Assembly (NCBI GenBank): GCA_951406725.2
Contig: OX597828.1
Span: 40,486,001-40,550,000, forward strand
Direction of reading: 5' to 3'
DNA from: Octopus vulgaris
Taxonomy: Eukaryota
Length of the DNA stretch: 64,000 nt
Shown: piece by piece, positions 14,012-26,232 of the stretch
Numbering within the stretch: the stretch's first letter is position 1
Layout: each line of letters opens with the position of its first letter
Made by a program: the position numbers and the translations under genes
Notes under the pieces: model-generated
What the model saw: only the letters and a program-made list of their open reading frames with translations
Told to the model about the DNA's origin: nothing
Database searches by the model: none

Positions 14012-14864
14012 AGCATATTGTTCTGCAAATTAAGAACCTTGCAGGTATGGTTTTATTTAACTCTAACCTCCACAAAAGTTAAACGTTTTCTGAATCTCAA
14101 AGATCAAAAGGATTTATGCTATCAACACGGTTGTCCACAGCCCACAACTGCAACCCAAGCAAGATCTGAATCTCACGTGGCCATCACCTCTTGCAATTTA
14201 AGGCACTTTCTATGATCTTCCTGTTTAAATTGTATACACTTTAAACTTTAAACCAGACTTTCTCAACCCTGTTTTCCTCACATGTCCTACTTAGATTTTC
14301 AAAAGGAAAACAAAAAAAAGAAAAGGGCACCACCATATATGGACAAAGTTACTTTCCAGCATTGCAATGTATTTAGAAGAGCTTGCAAAATCCTCTGAGT
14401 AGCTCCTGCAGGTTCTGCACAGAGCAGAGCATCTCTGATGTTTATTTCACCTGTAACACATCTCATCTTCATAATCATTTGACGTCTGTTTTCCCTGCTG
14501 ACATGGATGGGTTAATTGGTTTGACAGAATTTGGCAAACTGCAGGTTCCTACGGCTGGATGTTCTTCTTAATATCAATCTCTCAGTTTAACTTTAAAATT
14601 TTAGTGCAAGCTTTATTCTCACTAGTCACTTACATTCCATTCTAAAGTACACACACATGCAACCCCACCTTGAAAAATACTGCTATAGACTACATATTCT
14701 ATACATTTGTCATGAATAGACAAACTAATGTGTTCACATTAGTTTGTCCATGACAATGGAGAAATGTTTATGTAAAGATTGTATACTTATTATTTATTTA
14801 CCAAATGTCATAATTACCACCAAAACCACCAGCACCATCATCACAATCTGAGTTAATTTGGGAC

Positions 14865-15063
14865 CTTCTACATGGTCACTCAACCACCTAGAAATAGCAG
14901 CTATACTCCCTCAAACAACACCTTACCTTCATATGAAAAAGAAAAAAAAAACACAGGAGATAATGTCCAGGTTACACTGTTCCAGAAACAACAGTGTAGT
15001 CATGGTTGGAGTGGTCTATAATCATAGATCACACTTCCACAGATGACCTGGAGTTAAACAACA
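14865..15063 (+). repeat. Old dispersed repeat family F (ctgctagaaatagcagccaaat...ggtcatggttggaatgcc...aaacaacaac)
   Basis: Diverged copies also at ~31380-31560(-), 35020-35415, 40810-41010(-), 44105-44290, 47790-47970(-), 55180-55755, 58860-58970(-) and 63095-63580. Class unknown; the CAA-like tail suggests a retroelement. Confidence 0.65.
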
Positions 15064-15092
15064 TCATATAGTCACACACACACACACACAAA

Positions 15093-15543
15093 GCACCTGT
15101 GATGGTGCCACATAGAAGGCACCTGCAACAGTACCACATAGTAAGCACCTATGCTGGCACCATGTAAAGAAAACTCTCAGGCAGGCACTACGTAAAAACT
15201 ACCTGTGCCAGGTAAAGTAGTTGGCATTAGAAAGGGCATCCAGCCATAGAAACCATACCAAAACAGATGACTAGTACCAGGTGCAGCCCTCCACCTTGCC
15301 AGCGCTTGTCAAACCATTGAAAACCAATATCAAATAATGATGATAAGACCTGTCAAGCCATGTGAGTTCAAAGTCAATGCTGGTGGTTTGTAACTGGAAC
15401 CCATACCAGTGGGCATGTAAAAAGCACCCACTACACTCTTGGAGTGGTTGGCATTAGAAACCATGCCAAATCAGACCGAAACCTGGTGCAGCTCCCCAGA
15501 TTACCAGTTCTCAGCATGGAAAACATGTTAAATGACGATGATA
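15093..15543 (+). mobile_element. Two diverged copies of SINE family B (Meta-like ggttggcattaggaagggcatccagc domain, GAT tail)
   Basis: Domain at ~15220 and ~15445; ~26-nt gcacctgtgctggtgccacgtaaaa subrepeats upstream. Confidence 0.7.
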
Positions 15544-16220
15544 TATACACACGCAGCACACAAATGCATGTGCAATTTTAGTCTAGAAATTTAGCAGAAT
15601 ACCAGTAATACTTGAGGATTCAATGAATGAAGGTGGTTGTTGTTGTTTAGTTCCAGTTATTATATTAACTTATTTTATTTTTCTCTATTTTTCACAGACG
15701 TAGTATGTCTAAGACTAAATCATCCAATTTGTCCTATTTTTAAAGACAGAACAATGTGACTTAAGACAGATTTGGCAACTGTTCCTAATCTCCACTAATA
15801 ATAAGTCATAAATTACTTATTCAAAGAGAACATTCAAAATAAATTTTTAAAAAGCACATAAGGATATGCAACTTATATTAGTCTGTCATAGAAATTAAAT
15901 TAGAATAAAATAAAATAAATTCGTTTTTAAAAAAAAATCAACACAAAATAAGGAGAGTGGAGAGGAATTAAATTTAATTACTTTCTGAGTTATGTCAAAG
16001 TATTTGGGTGCTAAAAATGTTAGCTATGTTGATTTCATAGCCTAGGGCTGTGATATAACGTTAAGTGGCAGTTTGTTAGTCTCAGTTTTAAATAACTGAC
16101 AGCTAATAGTGAAGGATGACATGTGAAACTATGCAGAAGAAGTGCTGAAATCATGGCAGAATATAAGGAGCTGTTTGCTCCAATACAGCAGCCACAGTAA
16201 CATAGTGAGTAGTGGTAAAT

Positions 16221-16619
16221 CTCTTTACTCTCTTTTACTTGTTTCAGTCATTTGACTGCGGCCATGCTGGAGCACTGCCTTTAATCGAGCAACTCGACCC
16301 CGGGACTTATTCTTTTGTAAGCCCAGTACTTATTCTATCGGTCTCTTTTGCCGAACCGCTAAGTAACGGGGACATAAACACACCAGCATCGGTTGTCAAG
16401 CAATGCTAGGGGGACAAACACAGACACACAAACACACACATGCATATATATACATATATACTACGGGCTTCTTTCAGTTTCCGTCTACCAAATCCACTCA
16501 CAAGGCTTTAGTCGGCCCGAGGCTGTAGTAGAAGACTCTTGCCCAAGGTGCAACGCAGTGGGACTGAACCCGGAACCATGTGGTTGGTAAACAAGCTACT
16601 TACCACACAGCCACTCCTG
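16221..16619 (-). mobile_element. SINE family A, full length, young
   Basis: Close match to the reverse complement of 25776-26187; CpGs retained. Confidence 0.9.
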
Positions 16620-16691
16620 AATAGATTAAGGGAAAGTTGATATGGTCTTAAGATTTTTATCTTGGGTTGAATGTAATAAATGAGTGATGTT

Positions 16692-16946
16692 CTTTTATTC
16701 TTTTACTTGTTTCAGTAATTTTTGACTGCAGCCATGCTGGAGCACCACCTTGAAGAGTTTTAATATCAAACAAATCGACCCCTCAGGATTTATTTTTTAA
16801 GCCTAGTACTTATTCTATTGGTCTCTCTTGCTGAACTGCTAAATTACAGAGACGTAAACACACCAACACTAGTTGTCAAGCAGTGATGGGGAGACAAAGA
16901 GAGACACAAAGACACACACACAGATATATACATACATATACATACA

Positions 16947-17001
<55 letters not shown>

Positions 17002-17153
17002 ACAGGCTTCTTTCAGTTTATATCTATCAAATCCACTCACAAGGCTTTGGTTAGCCCAAGGATATAGTAGAAGACACTTGACTAAGGTGCTGTGCAGTGG
17101 GACTGAACTCAGAACCATGTGGTTGGGAAGCAAGCTTCTTACCACACAGCCAT
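16692..17153 (-). mobile_element. SINE family A with expanded (TA)n
   Basis: Same layout; lies in tandem with the previous copy. Confidence 0.85.
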
Positions 17154-17409
17154 ATATATATATATATAAATCATCGTCATCATTCTAATGTCTGTTGCAT
17201 AACCAGCCCATTTAAGAGTACCCTTGAATCACCACACGACATGCTGTGCTTGAGAAGACCTGTTAAGTCAAGTGAAATCATAGTCAAGCCTGATACCAGT
17301 GCTACCTGATTGGCACCCATGCTGGTGGCACATAATAAGCACCATTCAAACGTGCATTCCTTTATCTGGACATTGTGTGTGTGTGCGCACGCGCATATTC
17401 GCATTCCTC

Positions 17410-17710
17410 TTATGAGCGTGAGGTTGTGAGTTCGAATCATGGACCGGGCTGCATGTTGTGTTCTTGAGCAAGACACTTTATTTCACGTTGCTCCAGTTCA
17501 CTCAGCTGTAGAAATGAGTTGTGACGTCACAGGTGCCAAGCTGTGTCAGCCTTTGCCTTTCCCTTGGATAACATTGATGGCATTGGAGAGGGAAGGCTGG
17601 TATGCATGGGCGACTGCTGGCCTTCCATTAACAACCTTGCCTGGACTTGTGCCTGGGAGGATAACTTTCTAGGTGCAATCCCATGGTCAGTCATGACCAA
17701 AGGGGGTCTC
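17410..17710 (+). mobile_element. SINE family D-related copy
   Basis: Box B gagttcgaatc followed by gtgttcttgagcaagacactttatttcacgttgctccagttcactcagctg. Confidence 0.75.
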
Positions 17711-18261
17711 AGCAGTGTTTTGTTAGTTGATGTTGACAGAGTCAGGGTTAGGCTGTTCATCTTATTTGGTGATCTTTCAGTCTTTTCACATGTTTTCATT
17801 ATGACTATTAAGTGCAATGGCGGTGCCTTTTTAAAGTAACTTTGCCAATAAATGTAGCTCCAACTTCACAAAAAACAGCAGTAGAATTTGCAAGAGATTA
17901 GTAAGACTTAGAGTTATAATTGTCAAGTTGTCAAGATACTTGAAATATTGCACAGTTTAGTTTGTTTTCTAACACAGAGCAAATATAAACTATGAACGCA
18001 AAGCTTTATAATCTGAAAGCAGGTGAATAAAAGTTATGTTGTAAAATAATGACAGCTAGCTCGTTATATTGTCATCCTTATTTATTTTTGCCATAAATAT
18101 GACCAAACCTTTGATTTTCTTTTCAGCTCTGTTCCCAGGATTTTGCATATATAAAGTAAAACCATCTTAATGACATCTGAAATCATACTGGCAACAATCT
18201 GGACTACTACAGCAGCTGCTGATTATTATTATTATTATTATTATTATCATCATTATTATTA

Positions 18262-19472
18262 TTATTACCTCTGCCTTAGCAAGGGCAGAGGTATTGTTTT
18301 CAGTCATGTTTGTTTTGTAGCGGCGCAAGTCATAATAATAAACTTTTATTGGCAGTAATACAACGTAATGGTCATGTTGCCCGAATAGGTATAATTGTTA
18401 GTTTCCCATTGGTTAAAATTACTGCCCATATTTGAATTCTAAACTTTCGTCAAAGAGAAATCTTTCACAAAATATGGTTCTTAGAATTCAGGTATGAGCA
18501 CTTATAAAACCCCTGATTTTTGGGAGAGTTATCAGTGATTGTTGGTTGTTACTCAACTCCATGACACTCACCCTAGTGTTCGTTGGTTATCACTCATTTC
18601 CACGACACTCACTCCATTGAGATATTGGCTACTATTTTTATGCCATGTCTATTACTTAATTCAACAAAGCTTATTTGAATTGTTGTGTAAAACTCTAGTA
18701 GCTTAGTATGGTAGAATTAGTAATATAAATTTTATGTCATAATCCTCTACAACAGTTTTCTTTTGACTCATAAATGTACTGTAAATATTAAATGAAAGTA
18801 AATAAACTAATTTAGTAAATAATTTCTTTCTTCATTTTCTTCAACCTGTTAATGAAATTTATTTCTGCAACTATGAAACTGTTATTATAGTGGTGAAAAA
18901 GAGCGAGCTTTATTTATCTTCAACATACATGTACGTTTCAGTATCTTGGTGGTGTATAATTCATCACAGCATTTACACAGCCTGAGTTAAGATTTATGTA
19001 TAGTGATAATATTTATAATTAAGTTATAAGTGACAGTTTATCACCATAGATTTCTATTCAATAAACATTTATATTTATCGTCTTTTCCAAGTTTGAACAC
19101 ATTATAAATTAGTGACATATAAATAAGATAATCTCAGACTGTTATAAACTAGATAAAACACTGTTATAGTTTGTCTGTCAATGGACAAGATATCTCAAGA
19201 ACTGCTGGATGGGTTTGGATGAAACTTTCAGGGATGTTTGACCTCGTGACTGGCACGAACAGATTAGATTTTGGCATCGATCCAGTACCGGACAAGGATT
19301 GTGGATTATTTTTCCAGTTTTTTTACTTAATTTTTGTGAGCAGTTGGGTTCATTTTTAGCATTCTCGTTTGTGAAAGCAGTCGAGTTTATTTAAGATATT
19401 CCTATTTTAAAAATCATCTCCAACTAATCATTGGTGTTGCTTTGACAGAGGTTTGTACTCTGTGAGTACTCA
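18262..19472 (+). mobile_element. Helentron-associated (HINE/DINE-1-like) element split by an insertion
   Basis: 5' subTIR acctctgcc with adjacent inverted ggcagaggt; gtttgtctgtc microsatellite; caagatatctcaagaactgctggatgg core; 3' subTIR gacagaggt and terminal hairpin gtactc-tgt-gagtac. Confidence 0.7.
18316..19168 (+). mobile_element. Putative solo LTR (853 bp, Gypsy-like, 4-bp TSD)
   Basis: Starts tgtagcggcg and ends cactgttata, an inverted match with transitions only; gttt at 18312-18315 and 19169-19172; aataaa at ~19060; removing it rejoins the HINE. Confidence 0.65.
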
Positions 19473-19689
19473 TTATTATTTCGTTGTATACCGTATATAC
19501 TAAACATTTTTCTTTTTAGTTATTTAATTATTTTAGCATTTCCTTATGTGCACAGCCCAACACTTTGTGTCTGTTTTTGTATTGTCCTCCTATCCACTCA
19601 TCCTTTGCCATGGTGACAAATAAATGAAATTATTATTCTGCTGACATAGTAGCAAAGGCAAATCAGGCAATCCATTGGATAGATGCAGC

Positions 19690-19887
19690 ACGAAATTTTG
19701 TCAGTGAGCAGGTCGCGGTCTCAAAGCGACGAAAATATTTTGACAAATTAAATTTAAATGTTGAAGTGAATCTAACGGTTTTGTGTGTTTCTTAAATGGC
19801 TTATAAACACCTTCCACATTGCAATTGTTTTCATTCGAGCACACAATCTCAGATCAAGTCACTCGCTATGCAAGTACACCTCCGTAA
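19690..19887 (+). mobile_element. Penelope-like terminal fragment with a hammerhead-like motif, abutting (TA)n
   Basis: Stem ttgtca/tgacaa encloses gtgagcag-gtcgc..gcgac-gaaa-atatt. Penelope assignment is inference. Confidence 0.45.
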
Positions 19888-19889
19888 TA

Positions 19890-20109
19890 TATATATATAT
19901 ATATTTGTGTGTCTGTGTTTTTCCCCCCACTATCGCTTGACAACCTGTGTTGGTATGTTTACATCCCCGTAAATTAGCGGTTCAGCAATAGAGACCCATA
20001 GAATAAGTACTAGGCTTACAAAGAATAAGTCCTGGGGTCAATTTGTTCGACTAAAGACAATGCTCCAACATGGCCACAGTCAGATAACTGAAACAAGTAA
20101 AAGAATAAA
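19890..20109 (+). mobile_element. SINE family A 3' half
   Basis: tcgcttgacaacc...ggccacagtcagataactgaaacaagtaaaagaa. Confidence 0.8.
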
Positions 20110-20151
20110 ATATATATATATATATATACATATTACATATATATATATATA

Positions 20152-20368
20152 TGAGGAGGTGCTGAAAGATTCCTGGCTTTAAGGGTATCATGAAGGGCCA
20201 GATTAAAGGCCCAGCCTTCTGAGTTCTTTTACAGGGCTTACAAAAACTGAAAGCCTGCTGCAATAATTGTATGAATCTGAGAGGGGAATATGTTGAATAA
20301 AATCATAATAAACTGATCTTCCTGTATTTTCTTTCACCCAAAGCTAGGAACTGTTCAGCATCCCTTCA
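20152..20368 (+). mobile_element. mariner MITE inserted in (TA)n
   Basis: TIRs tgaggaggtgctgaaagattcctggcttt / aaagctaggaactgttcagcatcccttca flanked by TA; internal C.NLRGEYVE* mariner C-terminal remnant. Confidence 0.8.
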
Positions 20369-20384
20369 TATATATGTATATATA

Positions 20385-20718
20385 TCACGTGATCACGTGA
20401 CTAACCAGACCATCAGATGTTGTTAACCAGACCATCAGATGTTAACCAGACCATCAGATGTTGTTACACATCGCTGGTCACAATGCATTCGCATTGTTTT
20501 AGCCTTCGAATGACGCCACCCTGCTGGCTAAGCGAGCAGGCCAACAGAAGAAAGAGTGGTGAAAGAGTACAGCAGGGATCACCAACCCCTGCCGGAGCCT
20601 CGTGGAGCTTTTAGGTGTTTTTGCTCAATAAACACACACAACGCCCGGTCTGGGAATCGAAACCACGATCCTGCGACTGCAAGTCCGCTGCCCTAACCAC
20701 TAGGCCATTGCGCCTCCA
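20385..20718 (-). mobile_element. tRNA-derived SINE (second tRNA-head family), young
   Basis: Minus strand tggaggcgcaatggcctagtggttagggcagcggacttgcagtcgcaggatcgtggtttcgattccc has box A, an anticodon-arm-like stem and box B; CpG-rich body. Confidence 0.8.
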
Positions 20719-20985
20719 CATGTATATATATATATATGTATAATTAACTAAGGAGTTACTGTGACTCAGAGTGAGAGTTCATACCGATACACTCACCAGA
20801 CTTATTAAAATTTCCTGGCAAGAAACTCTCCTCTCTCAGGTCACCGTAGCTCTTCAGCTAATAAAAACATATTGCTCTACATGATGCTATTGTTTTCTAA
20901 AATAAGAAAAAGGAGAAATTGACTCAATAAAAAAAAAGATTTTAAATATCATCATCATTTAAAATCCATTCTCTATGCTAGAATA

Positions 20986-21090
20986 GTGTATGTATGTATG
21001 TATGTATGTATGTATGTATGTATGTGTGTATGTATGTGTGTATGTGTGTATGTGTGTATGTGTGTATGTATATGTGTGTGTATGTATGTA
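20986..21090. repeat. (TATG)n/(TG)n compound microsatellite
   Basis: Directly visible. Confidence 0.95.
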
Positions 21091-21533
21091 TATTTTGTAT
21101 ATTTTAACGGCTCTACTACTATGGCACAACTGGTTTATATATTTTTAATTTATGTCAGCGAATTTGACTATTTACATAACTGAATAGTAACTGGAGGAGA
21201 TGGAGTTTTGTAACTGAAAGTAAATTGTAACTAAATATGTGTCACACCATCAGTCTAGTTTATAGCTGTTAATAAAGAATCTAGCATCTCAAGGAATGAA
21301 GCTGTTATTCACAGAAGTACATTCTATCACAGAACCCCCCCCTCCTTCCCCTAAGCTCATTCTCCTGCCATAAGCAACCTGACCTTTATGAAATGAGATC
21401 AGTTACTATTTTGTTGTTTTTGCCTTCTTTGAAACAGGTAAAAACTAACACTACTATTGAAGTCAGCTGTAGTCTTGTTACCAGCTAGCTTTGACTGACT
21501 TCACTCTGGGCAATATTCCAGTGAGATCACTCT

Positions 21534-21698
21534 TACACACACATGTACAAACACACAGACACACACACACACATATACATACATGCATTCATTCACACAC
21601 AGATGCATACAGAAATACATACAAATTTACAAGCAGAAACACACACATACACACACACACACACACACACATTTACAGATACTCTGATCTACGGGCAC

Positions 21699-21749
<51 letters not shown>

Positions 21750-22056
21750 CGCACACACATGCATGCATTCACACACATATGCATACAGAAATACATACAA
21801 ATTCACATGCAGAAACACACACACACACACACATTTACAGATACTCTGATCTACGAGCACTAACACACACACACACACACACACATGCAGAAATGTACAA
21901 ACGTATACATCCTCAATCATGAACACATTCAGAAACTCCTATGTAGAAATGCATATGTAATATGTGGAAACACATGCACACATGCTTTCAAAAACATACA
22001 CGCAACACATGCACAAAACACACAATCACAGATACACAAAACGCACACAATCACGA

Positions 22057-22108
<52 letters not shown>

Positions 22109-22110
22109 CA
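21534..22110. repeat. CA-rich compound repeat containing a tandem duplication of ~170-bp period
   Basis: atgcatacagaaatacatacaaatt...atttacagatactctgatctacg.gcactaac occurs at ~21603-21702 and ~21779-21864. Confidence 0.9.
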
Positions 22111-24950
22111 CCATTAGTTTACACATCAAATAGAATTGTTGCTCACACACGCACATCACTATTAGTTTACAAAGAAATAGTGTCTTGTTCAGTTTGACTT
22201 TATATGACAGTTACATTATGCTTGAAAAAGCAAAACAAACGACAAAAACACACCCCACCCTCATCCTGCATCTCTCTCTCTCTCTCTCTTACACACACAC
22301 ACAGACTATATGTCATCTCTCTGTTCTGTTTATATATCATACTGTCGTGTACAAAAACAATATGTCCAGATAAACAGCATCGTTCAATCAGTCATTTATT
22401 CTCATCTGAAAATGATCCGGTCGTCAATGATTAAGGACCATCAGTTCTACTGACTCATTCTAACAAATACGTTAGATGTGAGCATGGTTGATGTGGTTAA
22501 TAAGTCTGCTTAGCAACCATGTAGTTCCAGGATCAATCCCATTATACAGCACTATGAATAAGCGCCTTCTCACATGTTCCAACAAATTCCACCCACAAGG
22601 CCTAGAGAGTGGAATTTGGTAAATGGAAATTATGCAGAACCACACACATCATGCGTACACACACACACACACACACATATCTATGTATGTATGCACACCT
22701 CTGTATATGCACATGTGTGTTTTATGCTTAAACAGGTAAAAGAATTTTTTTAAGGTGTTGTGTCCCCTTTATTTCTTGTAACACAAAAAAGTACATCCTT
22801 CAAATAAGTATTGGGACCAATATGATTTGAACACACACACATACGTGTCTATGTGTGTATGTACACCTATGTATATGCATGTGTCAGTGGGTGCATGTGT
22901 GTTTCATGTTTAAACAAGTTTTAAAAAAACACTTTTTAAGAATGTTAGATTGTGTCCCTTAATTTCTTGTAACTTAGTGGCTTGACAAATAGAGTTTGAT
23001 CAAATAAGTTCCTCCTTGAAATAAGCACTGGAGCCAATATAATCAACTGAACCCTTGCAGGTTGTGCTGCAGCATGGAAGGAGTCGGCGAAAAGATGTGA
23101 ATATTCTTTCAGTATGTGTGTTTGCTGATATTTTGCGAATAACATTTAAGAATCACAATAAATCAAATAATATTTATAGAACCTCATTTCATGCAAAAAA
23201 AAAAAAAAAAAAAAAAACTGAAATTACTATATTTCAACAGACCATTTTTGTTTCTATAACAAATGAAATGGGTCTTGACTGACATGTCTAATAATACTTG
23301 ACTGACGCATCAAGAAGTGCCTGAAGACTCAACAAACAGATAATCAGAAAAACATTTTGCTAATTACAATCAAGAAAAAGAACAACCCACACTAATGACA
23401 GGGAGAAAATATTGATGGAGAACCATAAAATATTTTCCTTAATGTGTCTATATTTTTATTAATTCTCATTTATTTTTAGGAAGGGTGAATTCTTTAATTT
23501 GTTGTAGTCATTATGGCTAAGGCCGTTTCTGTAGACATTATTGCTTTGAATCCATTTCTTTATGTTTATTTTACGTTTGATTCTAGAGATATAATAGCTA
23601 ATGACATGAACACAAAAGAAAGATAAACAGACTAGGAGTAATAGTGATTTTGCTTAGTTTTCACTAAGCTAAGAAGATATCTTGCTGCTTCTTGGAATAA
23701 AGACATCTCAGGCAAAATTCTACCATGGACGGTTGAAAAATTCTACCATGGACCCTTGTGGAGCCCCAATTTACTATTTCGCTTGCATAGACCCCCTCAA
23801 AGCCTTACATGGTCCCCAAGGGTCATCCCCTGGTTGAGAACTACTTGTCTTGACAGAGAGAAATCAAATAGTTCTAGCCAGGAATGGAAACGATGTTGCA
23901 GACTCGGTCTGCCATAACTTGATCTCTACAACACTCACCTCATTATGGTTAAGCTATCACAACATATTCTCTCATCACCAAGAAAGGTGAACTGACAAAA
24001 AATATTTATCAACTAAACAAATACAAACAACTAAAAATGAATGCAGCTATAGGACTTCTTCAAGAGTATTGATTTCAGGGAAGGGGGAATGTTCTAAGGC
24101 TTTTATTCATGAGATTATCAATGATTTCAGCTTCAAAACATACATTTTTTTTTTCTCCTAGCTATTTTATTGATTTAGATTTAATATTACTTTTCTCAAA
24201 TAGTATCATCAAGATAGCATTTATTCATTGTAACTATATTTATATTATTGTTTCAGTTCAAAATTAGATCATATATACTAACTTAAAGTAGAATCTGAGA
24301 GAAAATATATGAATGAAAATTGTGAGCTAAGCTATTTGGCAAATATAATAGGCGAGACGAGTGTTTAGATATAGATATCCAGTTTATTTTGAATTGTAAT
24401 GTTAACATAAGTGTATCGGTATGTATGTGTTATGTGTACACTTACAAATATGCTATGTGCTTGCACATGTGGTTTTGCATTGAAACAATACAAATTTAAC
24501 TTTATTGATTTACCAAAATACGGTTTTTTTCTACATTGATATAAACACTCATACACACACACATGCATATTGTTCAGCAATTCTAAAATATCACACACTC
24601 ACACACATATATAAACTTTCTCCACTAAAATAGTTCTTACATAACAGTGATTCATACAATCCCAAAACCAGATATTTGCAGTAGCTATGTAACAAACCTG
24701 AAGCTTTATAAGGTAAAACTAATGACTTATTCTGTTTTCAATAGCACTCCTATTTTTTTGTTCTGTTTAGTTTCCTTTAAGAACAGGTTAGTGTCCATCC
24801 CTCCTCACTGACCTGGGATAGCGAAATGATTGTCATTATTAATAATAACCAAACTTGACTCAGTTTAACTAGTATAATCTGTACTGGCAGAATAATTGTA
24901 CAGGTAGACAGGTCGACAGAGTACAAGTAGTAGGACAGGTGAACTAATCA

Positions 24951-25358
24951 ACTCTTTTACTCTTTACTCTTTTACTTGTTTCAGTCATTTGACTGTGGCC
25001 ATGCTGGAGCACCACCTTTAATCGAGAAACTCGACCCCAGGACTTATTCTTTGTAAGCCCAGTACTTATTCTATCGGTCTCTTTTGCCGAACTGCTAAGT
25101 GACGGGGATATAAACACAACAGCATCGGTTGTCAAGCGATGCTAGGGGGACAAACACAAACATACATGCACACACACACACATATATATACATATATACG
25201 ACGGGCTTCTTTTAGTTTCCATCTACCAAATCCACTCACAAGGCTTTGGTCGGCCCGAGGCTATAGTAGAAGACACTTGCCCAAGGTGCAACGCAGTGGG
25301 ACTGAACCCAGAACCATGTGGTTGGTAAGCAAGCTACTTACCACACAGCCACTCATGC
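24951..25358 (-). mobile_element. SINE family A, full length
   Basis: Tail actcttttactc through head ccacacagccactc. Confidence 0.9.
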
Positions 25359-25775
25359 ACCCACTCACTAATTATGTAGCTTTGTGCCTGTGTTAGAAAC
25401 CATTATTTAGTTGAAGGAGAATAGGTGGCATCCATGGTTTTTATGTATAAGGCTTGCAGTTGATATTCCAGCTCAAGGTTCTGTAAGTTAGTAGCTGCAA
25501 AGGAAACATGTACAAAGATGGTGTTCCAAAACATTGTAGATCTGCAGAGAAGGGATTGAACAAAATTTTTAGAGTAGACTTTGGAGAATTGGAAGCCAAA
25601 GTGATGATGAACAAAGTAGACGAGGTCAGACATGTTGGATGGGCTTTGCTGCAGATGGTATACAAACTGCTGGATCAGAAGATTCAAAGATGCTATAATC
25701 TCTCTGCAGTGTGAAATGCTGTAATCTCTTTATAGGACAGCAATTGCAGCTATCAGTGGGATGACTTTTTTATAA

Positions 25776-26187
25776 AGGCGCAGGAGTGGCTGTGTGGTAA
25801 GTAGCTTGCTAACCAACCACATGGGTCTGGGTTCAGTCCCACCGCATGGCACCTTGGGCAAGTGTCTTCTGCTATAGCCCCGGGCCAACCAATGCCTTGT
25901 GAGTGGATTTGGTAGACGGAAACTCAAAGAAGCCTGTCGTATATATGTATATATATATATATATATAAGTGTGTGTGTCTGTGTTTGTCCCCCAAGCATT
26001 GCTTGACAACCGATGCTGGTGTGTTTACATCCCCGTCACTTAGCGGTTCAGCAAAAGAGACCGATAGAATAAGTACTGGGCTTACAAAGAATAAGTCCCG
26101 GGGTTGATTTGCTCGACTAAAGGCAGTGCTCCAGCATGGCCCCAGTCAAATGACTGAAACAAGTGAAAGAGTGAAAGAGTAAAGAGT
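25776..26187 (+). mobile_element. SINE family A, full length (inverted partner of 24951-25358)
   Basis: aggcgcaggagtggctgtgtggtaag head; gaaagagt tail repeats. Confidence 0.9.
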
Positions 26188-26232
26188 GATCCAGGACATG
26201 CATGTGTGTGTATGCATGCATGTATAACAACA

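Noticed and set aside
15093-15212. CRISPR-like array of ~26-nt repeats
   Set aside because: The units are tandem without unique spacers, lie inside a SINE in eukaryotic DNA, and there are no cas genes.
20640-20718. tRNA gene
   Set aside because: No acceptor-stem 3' pairing, and it continues into a SINE body. This is a tRNA-derived head; the same applies to 9771 and all family A heads.
25403-25714. Cargo gene between inverted SINEs (composite transposon-like)
   Set aside because: Short ORFs with no recognisable domain, no shared outer TSD, and SINEs do not move as paired termini.
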